From contig JACQIB010000004.1 of the NCBI GenBank assembly GCA_016198755.1, positions 1 through 64,000 on the forward strand: a DNA stretch of 64,000 nt, given 5' to 3'. The translations under genes and the position numbers were made by a program. A model generated the notes under the pieces. The model made no database searches and had not been told where the DNA came from. It saw nothing but the letters and a program-made list of their open reading frames with translations. Within the stretch, counting starts at the first letter, position 1; each line of letters begins with the position of its first letter. The DNA comes from Candidatus Aenigmatarchaeota archaeon (GTDB lineage Archaea > Aenigmatarchaeota > Aenigmatarchaeia > Aenigmatarchaeales > JACQIB01). Positions 19,401 through 29,500 of this stretch are shown in pieces.

Positions 19401-20217
19401 GGGTGTTTTGTGAAAATCCCACTGTTTCTCCAGTCCAGTCACCGTTTACAGAACACCAAAATTTATCTTTACTCCCAATATCGGCGATATTTGTTCCAAG
19501 CAACAGGTAAGAGTTCTCTGTGCTGGAAATATAGAAGGATTTCTTGAAAGCAGTCCCGCCCCAATTAGCCCATGGCCATGCAGAATTTTCAAAACAGCCA
19601 TAAGATTCCTCTGGATAATCATAACAGAAATAGAATTTGGCTTCTGTTCCTGTATCAATAGGCCTGTTATTAACAAACCAGTGATTCCAGTCATTGCTCC
19701 ATGCCAATTGAGAATCGGAGACTGGAGTAAACTGGCCGTAAAAATAGGCTTGTTTATTGTTCCAGTAATCTGCACCCTTGCCCCAGATTGAACAGGCAAC
19801 TAAATTGATTCCTGTCTTTAGATAGTCTGATAAATGTATATCTTGGGAGTCGACTTTCTGGTCATTGATATAGCAGGTTCCTGCATATCCCTCCCAGGCT
19901 CTGAACCATAAATCCTCCCCATTCCAGTTTATTGTTTTCCTGAAGTAAACTGGATCGCTGCCCGTAATTCCTATATTTTTTATTCCGTCTCCAACCCTGT
20001 CTACCCATACTGTATAGCTATCTCCTGGACAATTGCCAGAGCTATAGGAAGAATCATCATAATTTATTTTATACCAATCGGGTCCGGGAGTCATGTATCC
20101 ACAGCTTCCATGGGAAACAAACATTCTCCAGCTGTTATCAGTGGAAAAAGCAAAGGAAACAGTTGGTATAGTTAAGAGAAAAAGGGTAGCTGCCACTATA
20201 CAAAATAATTTGTTCAT
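16450..20217 (-). CDS. P3: polymorphic toxin-like protein (signal peptide, jelly rolls, NPFVQDSG-TM junction, M48-like HExxH zincin, degenerate C-terminal zincin)
   Basis: First 23 aa identical to P2 (MNKLFCIVAATLFLLTIPTVSFA), supporting ATG 20217. HEMAH...ELEAD at ~18045-17935. HETKE...EERLIAD near the C-terminus. Confidence 0.85.
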   Translation of the reverse strand: MNKLFCIVAATLFLLTIPTVSFAFSTDNSWRMFVSHGSCGYMTPGPDWYKINYDDSSYSSGNCPGDSYTVWVDRVGDGIKNIGITGSDPVYFRKTINWNGEDLWFRAWEGYAGTCYINDQKVDSQDIHLSDYLKTGINLVACSIWGKGADYWNNKQAYFYGQFTPVSDSQLAWSNDWNHWFVNNRPIDTGTEAKFYFCYDYPEESYGCFENSAWPWANWGGTAFKKSFYISSTENSYLLLGTNIADIGSKDKFWCSVNGDWTGETVGFSQNTHEKYNLMADISSKVKPGINNINCWVSTYAEPNPRPGGFKKFDMSFVQKSLDILGLSSYSVTVEDPTITVLVNGAGNATVYAELFENGKSVALPIEDTLDLDGQTEVPLTLNINQTGKYSVKITAVYNEYGISKSKDYNLEITETPIVLPITGNPFVQDSGGGSNSAGTDSSSSAIPLAAGLAGVAAVGVGYAALRNSNNRKYGNSSAGPGERLKTFWNNIGKEEKYYNEIRVPEIKKRQAEIESIIKGFQEQAKKKKEKEELEKVAEQVAWVNKLAGSGKLSTMEAAKELRVLSGSAGIGYENSQKLSSMSNKFLEIAEDNENNRNTININGISSIPQNIMNGVSNILDWTKGAIFHASDGLHALIEGWKPLSTLPQEERSILEREIEKQEANFGIKPDFVALGNIGDDRNAEASLNFIVLKTPTDKIYREVDDKIQETVDVYSFVTKSTIAHEMAHLYIHQNRYQNRWDLQLDSARYYTNTWLDELEADDLIRVKAGVEQFNSKVNYFVMQQLYLIERYTEHPDVKLTKRELEQIVAAELLAERSGDKLSIKNAGNLSSFFINNGLVSKEKYGKIKTLLDSWLKNTIDKGTVGSREKYIELLSNLDNVFNDSYQNYGFFGMFNIVKNVGKTVSDRVSTISNNFYYTFIEPYKRNPTDQMIVDDAVMRYGEDAPLVISQQLGISEIHAEQAIVEFMGAGLVLDAWDMADLMPIGGVIEMPTKSGVKLLVEMIGRKGLQTLIKANGEEAVELVGRIVLKTGRKLTTTEAGRLARFASKLSKSGISNNRIERILSDKSFTNYIVDSEGLDASFGVVKGTKILGVNPIKAAKLSEDGFEFGMRHETKEILKEELRAAGKIPTENDIAKMVDKLDISEAAKKELTETIEERLIADYLVLKEDPRMVKGWSETVQSLLSNIKYFYNKSDKILSIGEENISDIAYLKTLNLSDDIVNHQLNDIISRLSPATKTYLDKTIKTMRSVIENV
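18443..18871 (-). repeat. Junction repeat, copy 3 (inverted relative to copies 1 and 2)
   Basis: Near-identical reverse complement of 1-429. Confidence 0.95.
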
Positions 20218-20334
20218 ACTGCTGGCCCCAAAAGAGAAATAGTTTTTTGGGAATAAAAAGGCGTTCTTTGTATTCGTCAATTGCTGCATAGATAAAGTGG
20301 GGGAGAAATCTATTTAAAACTGGTTTTGGGCTAT

Positions 20335-20356
20335 TTTACTCGGACAGGTGGGTAAA
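20335..20356. promoter_or_regulatory. Palindromic site B: TTTACTC-N8-GGGTAAA
   Basis: ATTTTACTC ggacaggt GGGTAAAAT. Confidence 0.55.
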
Positions 20357-20393
20357 ATTATAGGATATTTCAATTGAGCACACAATTTCCCTT

Positions 20394-21758
20394 TCATTTG
20401 TAATAAGTCCCTTTTCCAGGTGACCAACAGAGTGTGTACGCATGTTTCACATCCGGGAAATACGGGTTCCACGAAACATAATATGTAGTGCAAGACTCTT
20501 GTCTTCCAGTATTAGTGTTATATGTTTTGGCAGTTCCCCAATCTTTGTTAGAGCCTAAATCAGTGACGTTCGATGTAACGGTTTTATACTGCTCTCTGAA
20601 TGCGGCTCTATACATTTCTGCGCTGTCATAACTGTTTTTATCATAAGCTGTACCTTTCAATATATCATCGGAACATGTGAGAGGATATGATGTTACGCCA
20701 TCTGCAGTCTTATAGCCTGGTATAAAAACCCTCCCTATACAGTCTATATATGAAGAGTCGGAAATCACGAATAATCCGTTAGTGTTTTGAACATAGAACT
20801 CCTTAAGCCAAATATTCTGGGAGCCTTTTACTTCGAATGCATTCTGAGAGTTAATGATTTTAATATTGTTTAACAGTAACATTTCAGAGTTTTCAATTAA
20901 AATCCCATTTTCAAATTCTCCACCTATATTACAATCTATTATAGTAGCTCTTAAAGATGGACCTTTGCTGTCTAGATCAGGACCGTTTGCACTTCTTATT
21001 CTTATGCCATATTTCCCAGACCCTTTTATTAGAGAGTTCCCACAATCCAGCCTGGGATAACTCCCCGCAATATCTATCTCACCCTCGTATACTCCTTCGT
21101 CTGTAACCGTTACCCATGCGTTAGGAATAGCCTTGAATGCGTCACTTATCTCTGTGAAATCACACCTATCGCTCTTGCAAACCGTAAAGCTTTTGTCCCT
21201 TCTTTGCGGTTCTATATAAAATTCTACAGGGAACTCATTTTCCTGCCCATTTCCGACAAACTTTACAGTTGCATTATATCTTCCAGCCACAACGCCTATA
21301 GTAGTATTAAATATTGCAGTAATCTCGGCTGGCAATGATGTTTCACCAGGAATGGATAGTACTTTTATACCCCATACCCCGTTATCCGGAGTAAAATTAT
21401 GATTGATATAGCTTTTGATATTTCCTTCATAAACCTCATCTGGCTCTACCAGAAACTTTACATAGCCGGCTTCTCCCGGGTTTATAGAAAGTTTGGAATC
21501 TATAACGCTGATTTTGAACCCTGATTTCAGAGCCTTCTGTGTGGTAGTAGTTGTTTCGATTGTATTTTCTGCGGCTGGTGTTGAAATGTCCGGTTCATTT
21601 TTAATCACATCACCCGTTGGACTACCTGTTGAACTATCCTGTATAGACTCTATACCTATGCTATAAGCTGCGGCTACAAAAACCAGAATACATATAGCTG
21701 TTACAATCAAGAGTTTTGAAGTCTTGCCTTTGTAGTGTTTCACAGCCATAAACAACAT
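20394..21758 (-). CDS. Membrane-anchored/secreted protein with Ig-like and right-handed beta-helix (pectin-lyase-like) domains
   Basis: N-terminal TM; TVCKSDRCDFTEISDAF...GVYEGEI; repeated GI.I.NS beta-helix coils. Confidence 0.7.
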   Translation of the reverse strand: MLFMAVKHYKGKTSKLLIVTAICILVFVAAAYSIGIESIQDSSTGSPTGDVIKNEPDISTPAAENTIETTTTTQKALKSGFKISVIDSKLSINPGEAGYVKFLVEPDEVYEGNIKSYINHNFTPDNGVWGIKVLSIPGETSLPAEITAIFNTTIGVVAGRYNATVKFVGNGQENEFPVEFYIEPQRRDKSFTVCKSDRCDFTEISDAFKAIPNAWVTVTDEGVYEGEIDIAGSYPRLDCGNSLIKGSGKYGIRIRSANGPDLDSKGPSLRATIIDCNIGGEFENGILIENSEMLLLNNIKIINSQNAFEVKGSQNIWLKEFYVQNTNGLFVISDSSYIDCIGRVFIPGYKTADGVTSYPLTCSDDILKGTAYDKNSYDSAEMYRAAFREQYKTVTSNVTDLGSNKDWGTAKTYNTNTGRQESCTTYYVSWNPYFPDVKHAYTLCWSPGKGTYYK

Positions 21759-21813
21759 TAATTATTACTTCTTAGTAGTATATAAATGTATGCACGAGCG
21801 GTTTCGTAAACTT

Positions 21814-21835
21814 TTTACCCGCGGAGGAGAGTAAA
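21814..21835. promoter_or_regulatory. Palindromic site C: TTTACCC-N8-GAGTAAA
   Basis: Reverse complement TTTACTCTCCTCCGCGGGTAAA closely matches site A, TTTACTCTCCCCGCGAGTAAA. Confidence 0.55.
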
Positions 21836-21902
21836 TTAATTTATAACTTATAGGTAGTAAAATAACATAGCTTTAAATACGTCTCTATTATAGTTAATTC
21901 TT

Positions 21903-24900
21903 ATGGAAACCCATGGTTTTGGTGGGAGAAAAATTATCTTGGTTACAATTGCTCTTTTTCTAACATTTTCCCTTATATCTTTTGGAGTTTTTGCTGTTCC
22001 AACTAATCCTTCAGCCTCCTGCTGGAAAACAAAAACCTGTCCTATAGATCCTGATCAGCCGGCAGACAAAACTTCTGTACAAAAACCTGTCCCACAGTTG
22101 CACTCAGCGGGCTCTCCAACACTTCCAATAGATGGCTCAAAAGGCATACAAAAAGTTCTTGTTATTCCTGTTACTTTTTCTGATATATCGCCTACAAAAA
22201 CAATAGCAGAGGCAAATGCAAGCCTGCAAAAGCTTGTGGATTATTATAAAGAGGTTTCATATGGGAAGCTGGAGCTGGAGGTTGTTTTTGCAAGCACAGA
22301 CTGGGTAGAGCTTTCAGAAACAATGGCATGGTATGGGGAGGATACAGAAGATGAGATAGATCCTTATACAGGACTGCTTTTTGTGGATGCCATAGCTGCT
22401 GTGGATGCTGATGTGGATTTCAATGGCTTTGATCATATTCTGGTTTTGCATGCTGATAGGGATCAGGCTGCTGACTCCGATTGCACAGATTGTATATGGT
22501 CTTCCCGCATAAAGTTTGGAACGCCTATAGTTACAGATGATGGGGCAACTATAAACGGGGCTTTAACTGTTGCAGAAATAAAGAGTTATGATGAGCCAGA
22601 GTTTTCTCTTGGAACTGCAGCACACGAGCTTGCGCATGATATAATTTCCCCAGTAACAGGGCGCGGAGCTTATGATTTGTATAATATTTTAACTGGGGCT
22701 TCTGTGGTAGGAAAATGGAGTTTGATGGATTCTGGAGCTTGGCTTAATCCACCTGCCCATTTAGACCCTCTGCACAAGAGCTTATATGAGTGGACAGCAG
22801 ATGCGGAAATGCAAGTGCCTGTCGGGGAGTCAAGAATTGTTACTTTAAAACCTTCTGCAGATAATCCTAACTTTTTAACTGTAATAGGTTCTAAAACAGA
22901 GTTGTTCTTTGTGGAAAACAGGATTGCAAAGGGCTTTGATACAAAGGTACCAGAGGAGGGTGTTGTTATATGGCATTTTGATTTAGTAAACCTGTTTTTG
23001 GGAAACCTTTTCAATGCTTTGGATCCGCCTGGGCTTGCAGTAGAGAGCCTTTCCACGATTAATAATGCTGCTTTCGTAGACGGGGAAGCTTTTAAAACCC
23101 CGCTGAGTGATTTGAACGATGGAACAACTACTGGCATTGTTATAGACCAGATAAAACGCACAGGTGAGGAGTTTAGCTTTAGAATAAACAATAATGATAC
23201 AACTCCACCGGATTTGAAGGTTGTTTTGCCCTCTCCAGTTGAGGCCACAAAGGATGTTTCAATTGTTTTGGACTCACCGGATGCTGTTTCTTGCACTTAT
23301 TCCCGCGAAGGTTTGGTAAATCCTCTAGAACTCGAGTGGGATGGAAAAAACTGGAAAGGAATGGATACTCCTGGGGATGGCAAGTTTGTATACTCTTTCG
23401 AGTGCAAAGATGCAGCAGATAATACTGCTTCAAAGGAGCTGGATGTTCTTGTTGATTCAACCCCACCAACAATAAATGTGCTTTTACCCGAGCCTGTCAC
23501 AACCAGCAAAGATATTATAATAAATATTAAAACAGACTTGGATGTTGTTTCATGTACATATTCGCGCCCAGGGGTTGATGCTGTTAATTTAGAAGAATTG
23601 GGGGGTATATGGAAGGGTACAGATTCGCTGGAAGAGGGGAAGACAGAGCTTTCGTTCAAATGCACTGACAACGCAGGGAACAGCGCTTCCACAACCTTTA
23701 CAGTTACAATAGATAAAACACCTCCTTCTATTACAGTCTTATCACCTGCAGCTACTGTAGATAAGGACACTATTTTAAAAACAGCTGATGTTTCAGTTGA
23801 GATAAAAGCAGATGATGATGCTACATATTGTTCCTATTCACGCACTGGACTGGAGAAGGCTGTTGAATTAATTAAAGAAGGGGAGGTTTGGAAGGCTTCA
23901 GATACTCTGTCAGAGGGGTTGACTTCGTTTGTTTTTGCCTGCAATGATAATGCAGGGAATATTGCAATAACCCCACAGTTCCACATGGTTCTTGTAGATT
24001 TGTCCCCTCCAACACTTAAGACAAAATATATTGAGGATGGAACTGTTTTTGCAGGATTTGATCCGCAGCTTTTGAAGCCGTTTGAAATAACAGTGGATGA
24101 TGCTTGCTTGGATCCGAAGTCCACAGGTTTGAAGGTGGATGGAATTGATTTAACATCACTGGAAACGGGTGTAGGAATAGCCTTTCCTGGACCGCCCATC
24201 GAGGGTTTGCAATGCACTTCGGGTATTTCCTTTCTATACCGGTTAAATCTAAGCGAATATTCAGAAGGTTCCCATACTCTTGAGTTCAGGGCAGCTGATA
24301 TTTTGGGTAGGGAAACAGTAAAAACTTTCAATGTGGAATTTGCTCAGCGTTCTCCAGTAGCAACAATAGAGCTTGCTGAGGGACAGAAGGATAGGATAGA
24401 ATTTGGGGAGCTGTTCAGCATAGCTGCAGACTTCAAGATAGATGATATGTTAGTTTATCCAACAGCCAAAACTGTTGGCTCGCTTTTTAAGAGTCTGAAT
24501 GTTAGGTTAATTCCGCGGGTTGGGTTGTTTGGCTCGGAGCCTGTGCTATGCACAGAGTACAACGAGCCAGATACAGCAGATATATCAGAGACAATAGACT
24601 GCTTTGCAACAGGTATTGGGGGTCCGCAGCTAATTGTTGTAGAGGGATATGATACATACTCAAACTTTATTTCTCAGGGATTCATAGGCCCTACAGTTTA
24701 CAACGCAGAGCCCTCAGTTTTCGGCTCAGCCAAAATAGAAAATAAAAATTACGCGCTCAAAGAAGGCGATTTTGTTTTTGATGCAATAAGCGGGGATTAC
24801 AGTACAGGCATATTTCATGCTTCAGACGGGTTAAGTGGAACAGGGGCAAAGATATGGACTCTGAACTTTACTGTAAGCGCTATAGATTATAATGCTCCGG

Positions 24901-26507
24901 CTCCTCCTGAGGGGGGAGGCGGTGGAAGCGGGGGTAGTGGACCGGGGCCACAGATGATTACTGTTTATATAACAAACCCAGGAGCAGTCCCAGTTTTGGA
25001 TGGAAATGCAGACGGGTTTACAGGCAGGTTCAAGCTTCTATGGGATGGGAAAGAGATAAGCTCAGATGAAAAGGGAGTTGTAAATGTTACATGGACAGGA
25101 ACAGGCTGCAAAAACAACACTCTTTGCAGCATAGATGAGATGAACGAGAACTTAAGGGAGGAGATGGAATCGGGAAATAAGGCTCTGCCTCCTTGGACTA
25201 TTATTATAGAAACCGAACTGACAGAGGGTAGTGTTATACCAGTTACAGTTATGTACGAAACTCCAACAATCCATATTGAAAGGACTGTGATAAAGAATAA
25301 TGCAAAAGTTTCTTATCTTCTGAACGCAACAGCCCCGAACCAGTTTTATTCAGAGGATAACCAGTATATTGTCTTTCCAATTATCCAGAATATTACATAT
25401 AATCTCCCTAACGGCAGTGAAAGAGTGGAGGAGCTTTCAGGGAACTATAGTTTGCTCGACTCGGTGGGGGAGGAGGTTTCAGGCAGCCCTTTCAGCTTCT
25501 GCAAGACTCTAACAAGAGATAGGGAATATAAAGTTTGCTATGGTGGAATAAAACATTTGCTTTCTGGAGATTCTATAGGTTTGAACTTTACTGCAGACTT
25601 GTTTTTCCCGAAGCTACTCGCAGAGCTTGAAACAAAAGCTTCCGGAGGCGCGGGTGCAAATGTCTATAAGAAAACGGTTTTCATATCTGTTGCAAGCGAC
25701 TATACTATTGAAAATGAAATGCTTCCGGGCTTTTCAGGAGCTTCAGACAAGAAAGTTTTTGTGGACGGGAAAGAGCTCTCTGCTGAGGAGTGGAAGGAGG
25801 GTTCTGTTATAATTCTGGGGATTGAACCTGGTCCGCATGAGGTTGAAGTTAAATATACGGTTCCATCTCCTCAAGTATCTAATCCGGCTCCCAGCAGCGG
25901 CGGTGGGGGAGGAGGCGGAGGCAGTTCTATACCTTCGTATTCTTTAACAGCCAAAGCCAGCGAAAACAATCTTGTTTTGAATGGGCAGGAAACAAAAACA
26001 ATAGAGATAGAGTTTGAGAACAAAGGATATGAAAAGCTTACAGGGTTTTCATTTGTTGTTGAAGGATTGCCTGCTGAATGGTTTAGGGCTGAGAGCCTTC
26101 CAAAAGAGATTGGAGCAGGGGAGAAGGTAAAGGTTTCAATTGTGTTTGCTCCGCGCGGCCCAAGCTCTGAGTTAGCTGGAAAAATTGTTGTTAAATCAGT
26201 TGAAGGTGCTGTTGCTGAGACAGAAGTTAAAGTAAGTTATACAGGCTCTGCTAAAAGCCCTGCACCACAGGAAACAACTACAACAACTCCAACAGAAGAG
26301 CTTCCAATACCTGTTCCCCCACAATCTCCAGGTCCTACAGGTTTGTTTGTATTAGACACTGGAACAGCTTTGGGTGTGGGAATTGGGATTGTTGTTTTGG
26401 CTGTTGCAGCCTATTCTTTGCGCGGGAGCAAGAGCTGGGCAAAAATAGCTTTCCGCCACAAGTATGGCCCACGCAGGTTCGGGGCTAGTCTGAAAAGGAA
26501 ATTCTAG
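21903..26507 (+). CDS. M6 family (immune inhibitor A-like) surface metalloprotease with Ig-like repeats and C-terminal TM
   Basis: KVLVIPVTFSD, YYKEVSYGKL, AAHELAH...DLY...VGKWSLMDSGAW...PAHL, FFVENR..GFD; D.TPP Ig-like repeats; C-terminal TM with basic tail. Confidence 0.85.
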   Translation: METHGFGGRKIILVTIALFLTFSLISFGVFAVPTNPSASCWKTKTCPIDPDQPADKTSVQKPVPQLHSAGSPTLPIDGSKGIQKVLVIPVTFSDISPTKTIAEANASLQKLVDYYKEVSYGKLELEVVFASTDWVELSETMAWYGEDTEDEIDPYTGLLFVDAIAAVDADVDFNGFDHILVLHADRDQAADSDCTDCIWSSRIKFGTPIVTDDGATINGALTVAEIKSYDEPEFSLGTAAHELAHDIISPVTGRGAYDLYNILTGASVVGKWSLMDSGAWLNPPAHLDPLHKSLYEWTADAEMQVPVGESRIVTLKPSADNPNFLTVIGSKTELFFVENRIAKGFDTKVPEEGVVIWHFDLVNLFLGNLFNALDPPGLAVESLSTINNAAFVDGEAFKTPLSDLNDGTTTGIVIDQIKRTGEEFSFRINNNDTTPPDLKVVLPSPVEATKDVSIVLDSPDAVSCTYSREGLVNPLELEWDGKNWKGMDTPGDGKFVYSFECKDAADNTASKELDVLVDSTPPTINVLLPEPVTTSKDIIINIKTDLDVVSCTYSRPGVDAVNLEELGGIWKGTDSLEEGKTELSFKCTDNAGNSASTTFTVTIDKTPPSITVLSPAATVDKDTILKTADVSVEIKADDDATYCSYSRTGLEKAVELIKEGEVWKASDTLSEGLTSFVFACNDNAGNIAITPQFHMVLVDLSPPTLKTKYIEDGTVFAGFDPQLLKPFEITVDDACLDPKSTGLKVDGIDLTSLETGVGIAFPGPPIEGLQCTSGISFLYRLNLSEYSEGSHTLEFRAADILGRETVKTFNVEFAQRSPVATIELAEGQKDRIEFGELFSIAADFKIDDMLVYPTAKTVGSLFKSLNVRLIPRVGLFGSEPVLCTEYNEPDTADISETIDCFATGIGGPQLIVVEGYDTYSNFISQGFIGPTVYNAEPSVFGSAKIENKNYALKEGDFVFDAISGDYSTGIFHASDGLSGTGAKIWTLNFTVSAIDYNAPAPPEGGGGGSGGSGPGPQMITVYITNPGAVPVLDGNADGFTGRFKLLWDGKEISSDEKGVVNVTWTGTGCKNNTLCSIDEMNENLREEMESGNKALPPWTIIIETELTEGSVIPVTVMYETPTIHIERTVIKNNAKVSYLLNATAPNQFYSEDNQYIVFPIIQNITYNLPNGSERVEELSGNYSLLDSVGEEVSGSPFSFCKTLTRDREYKVCYGGIKHLLSGDSIGLNFTADLFFPKLLAELETKASGGAGANVYKKTVFISVASDYTIENEMLPGFSGASDKKVFVDGKELSAEEWKEGSVIILGIEPGPHEVEVKYTVPSPQVSNPAPSSGGGGGGGGSSIPSYSLTAKASENNLVLNGQETKTIEIEFENKGYEKLTGFSFVVEGLPAEWFRAESLPKEIGAGEKVKVSIVFAPRGPSSELAGKIVVKSVEGAVAETEVKVSYTGSAKSPAPQETTTTTPTEELPIPVPPQSPGPTGLFVLDTGTALGVGIGIVVLAVAAYSLRGSKSWAKIAFRHKYGPRRFGASLKRKF

Positions 26508-29500
26508 ACTGCTCTCTCGTGCTCATAGTACCATTTCATTTGTTCTGGTGTTGAGAGCTCGTCGAAATTATCATCTGACAAAATTTTGCTGCCTTGTCTA
26601 ATTTGAGTTATTTCCTTTATTTTCCATTTGCTTTCTTTTGCATCCCATAAAAATGTCCAGAACTCTTCAAATGGGTAAACATCATCATCTCCCCTGATAA
26701 CCTTTGGCTCTGTAAAAGTATTTTCATTCCCGTCTCCAACCTCCTCAACAACCGTGGTTTTGTTTATAGTAATGCTTAATTTACCCTTCACTTTTTGTCC
26801 TTCATAATTTTCTGACTTTGTTTGTTTTGTAACAATTTTCTCCTGCTTTATACCATGTGCTTTTGCATACCAGTCTGGTACAGAAGAATCGCGCAGAATA
26901 ACATCCTGAGCGTGCGCAGAAATCCATGCTACAAACTCGTTCTTTTTCTTGTCAGCATGGTTCCTTATTATTATAATTTTCACATCCTCTATACCCAAAT
27001 TTCTCAGCTCATTTCTTTCATTCTGCTTTATCATCTGCTCCAGTTCTTCTGTGTGTTCTTTGTAAATATCAGGCATCATTAGCCCTTCCACTTCTGTATA
27101 ATCCCTGTCCTGCCAGGCTGTCTGGAGCTGGGTAAAATAGGAACGAGTTAATTGAACTAATTTTCTCTCATCCCACTCTTTCCAGAGCATATGCAAATAG
27201 TTTAAAAGCCTGTGGGCGCGCTCAGCTTTCTCATCTATTTTTCCCCGCGGTGCAGGCTGATCCATTGTTGCCCAGCCTCCTCCGGAGCTTCTGCCCTTAA
27301 CAATCGCATAAATAAAAACGCCTATAAACACTAGGAAAAACAAACCAAAGAAAAGTGAAACTATTATATTAAAGATAACTTCTGCAGGGCCGGGAGGGGG
27401 GAGAAAAGGAGAGTTTGCTGGGACAGTTCCTGCGTAAATTGAAACTGGAACTGAGGAATTGCGCTCAAAATCCCCGTTCAGTACTGGAAAAAGGGTTACA
27501 TTGTTCTGTGTTATTGTTATATTGTCTATAAGTGTGTACCAGCCTCCTGTGCTTGAAGAAGGATGCTGGGAGAAACGTATCCTTACTGTGTTCCCTGTAA
27601 AATTGGATAGGTCTGCTCTCGCCTTATACCAGCCTCCTGTGAGCCCAGAGTATGTGGTTGTATAAAGCTTTTCCTCTCCCCTGAGGTCTAACAAATCAAA
27701 TGTGAAATTTATCCCTCCGTTTTCGTCTAACTGGATCCATTCTATTCCATTCCCACGAAGGATAAATGGATCATTTGTGGCTATTCCAACGGAGGAAGAG
27801 GATCCAGAGGAACCTGAACGCAGGATTAGTGCTTTGTCAGTGGATGGAAACACAATGTTTTTTGTATTTGTAGCCCCAGATATTTGTGTTTTCTCTAAAA
27901 CAATACCAGAAATACCATTGCTTATATTGGAAAAGTTCCAGCCTTGGGCTGAGAGAATTATGGGAAAGTAAAAAGAAACTGGAGGAGGTGGGCTTGAGCT
28001 GCCGCCTCCACCGCCCCCGCCTTTATTGTGCACAGCAAAAGAATTTGCAAAGAAGGTATGTTCCCCATCAACTTCAAGATTATAAGCTACAGTTGGTTCT
28101 GGTATAAAATTATTGAAAATTATTTTCTCTCCCACAAGCCTTCCATTTTTTAGAATATAGATTGTTTCCCCCGTTTTCAGCTCCTGCACTTCCTTATATC
28201 CGGTATTTGTTAGGAATGGATGTTCAGCAGTTGCATTTACCTCGCTTGTTTTTGTTTTAAGGGAAAAGTAACCATCTCTGTGGACTTTATAAATTGTTTT
28301 TACAGCAGATTCCTTTACATTTCTATTTTCATCGAAAGAGTATATTTTATCCCCTTTCTTTAGGGTTTCTATGTTTACAGGGCCGGAAACAGTGGAAATT
28401 TCTGTTCCTGGAAGGAAACAGCCGCCCTTGTTATGTACAGCAAAAGAATTTGCAAAAAAAGTGTGCTCATTATCAACTTCTAAGTTATAGGCTGTGGTAG
28501 GTATGGGAATATAGGTTATAGAGAGTATTTTTTGTGGTACAAGACTGTTGCTTTCAAGGATAAAAACAGTTTCTCCAACAGACAAATATTGGGTTTCTAC
28601 ATAACCATTATCAGTTAGGAAAGGGTGTTCTGCTGTTGCATTAACTTCCGTGGATTCTGTTTTTAGGTTATAATAGCCTTCTCTATGCACAGAAAAAACC
28701 TTGTTAACTCTGGATTCCACTATATTTCCATTGCTGTCAAAGGAAAATACAGAATCTCCTGCTTTAAGGTTCTCTATATCCACTGGTCCTGAAGAGCCGG
28801 AAACTTGGGTTCCGGGCAGAAAGCATCCCCCGCCGCCGCCCTTGTTATGAACTGCAAATTTGTCTGCAAAGTAAGTATGTTCTCCGGAAACTTCCAGATT
28901 ATAGGCATAGGTTGGCTCTGGAACATATTGTACTGAAAGTATTTTCTCAGGGGAAAGCTTTTCATTATTTAGGATAAAAATAGTTGACCCTGCAGAAAGG
29001 TACTGGGTTTCAATATAGCCTTTGTCAGTTAGGAAAGGGTGTTCTGCTGTTGCTTTCACTTCAGAGGAAGATATTTTAACTATATAATAGCCCTCGCGGT
29101 GGACTTTGTAAATCTTGTTTACTGTTGAGGAAGCTATCTTTCCGGAAGGATCAAAAGAATAGACAGATTCCCCAACAGAGAGTGTTTCAATGTTTTTTGG
29201 ACCGGAAAGGGTTTCAACTGCAGTTCCGGGTAAAAAACAGCCTCCTTTGTTGTGCACAGCGAAAGAGTTTGAGAAAAAAGTATGCTCGCCGGAAACTTCC
29301 AGATTATAGGCAACTGTTGGGTTAGGAATATACTCTGAAGATGATATAGCTTCTTTGACAAGCTTACCTTCAGAAAGAATAAAAACTTCATTACCGATAT
29401 TAAGGTTCTGTGCTTCAATATAGCCTTTATCAGTCAAAAAGGGATGTTCAGCAGTAACGTTTACAATAGAACTTTTTGTTCGCAGAATATAGTAGCCTTC

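Noticed and set aside
20218-20289. 24-aa N-terminal extension of P3 given in the ORF track
   Set aside because: The homologous P2 upstream region has an in-frame stop and no in-frame ATG, and the signal peptide begins at MNKLF. Conservation is better explained at the DNA level.
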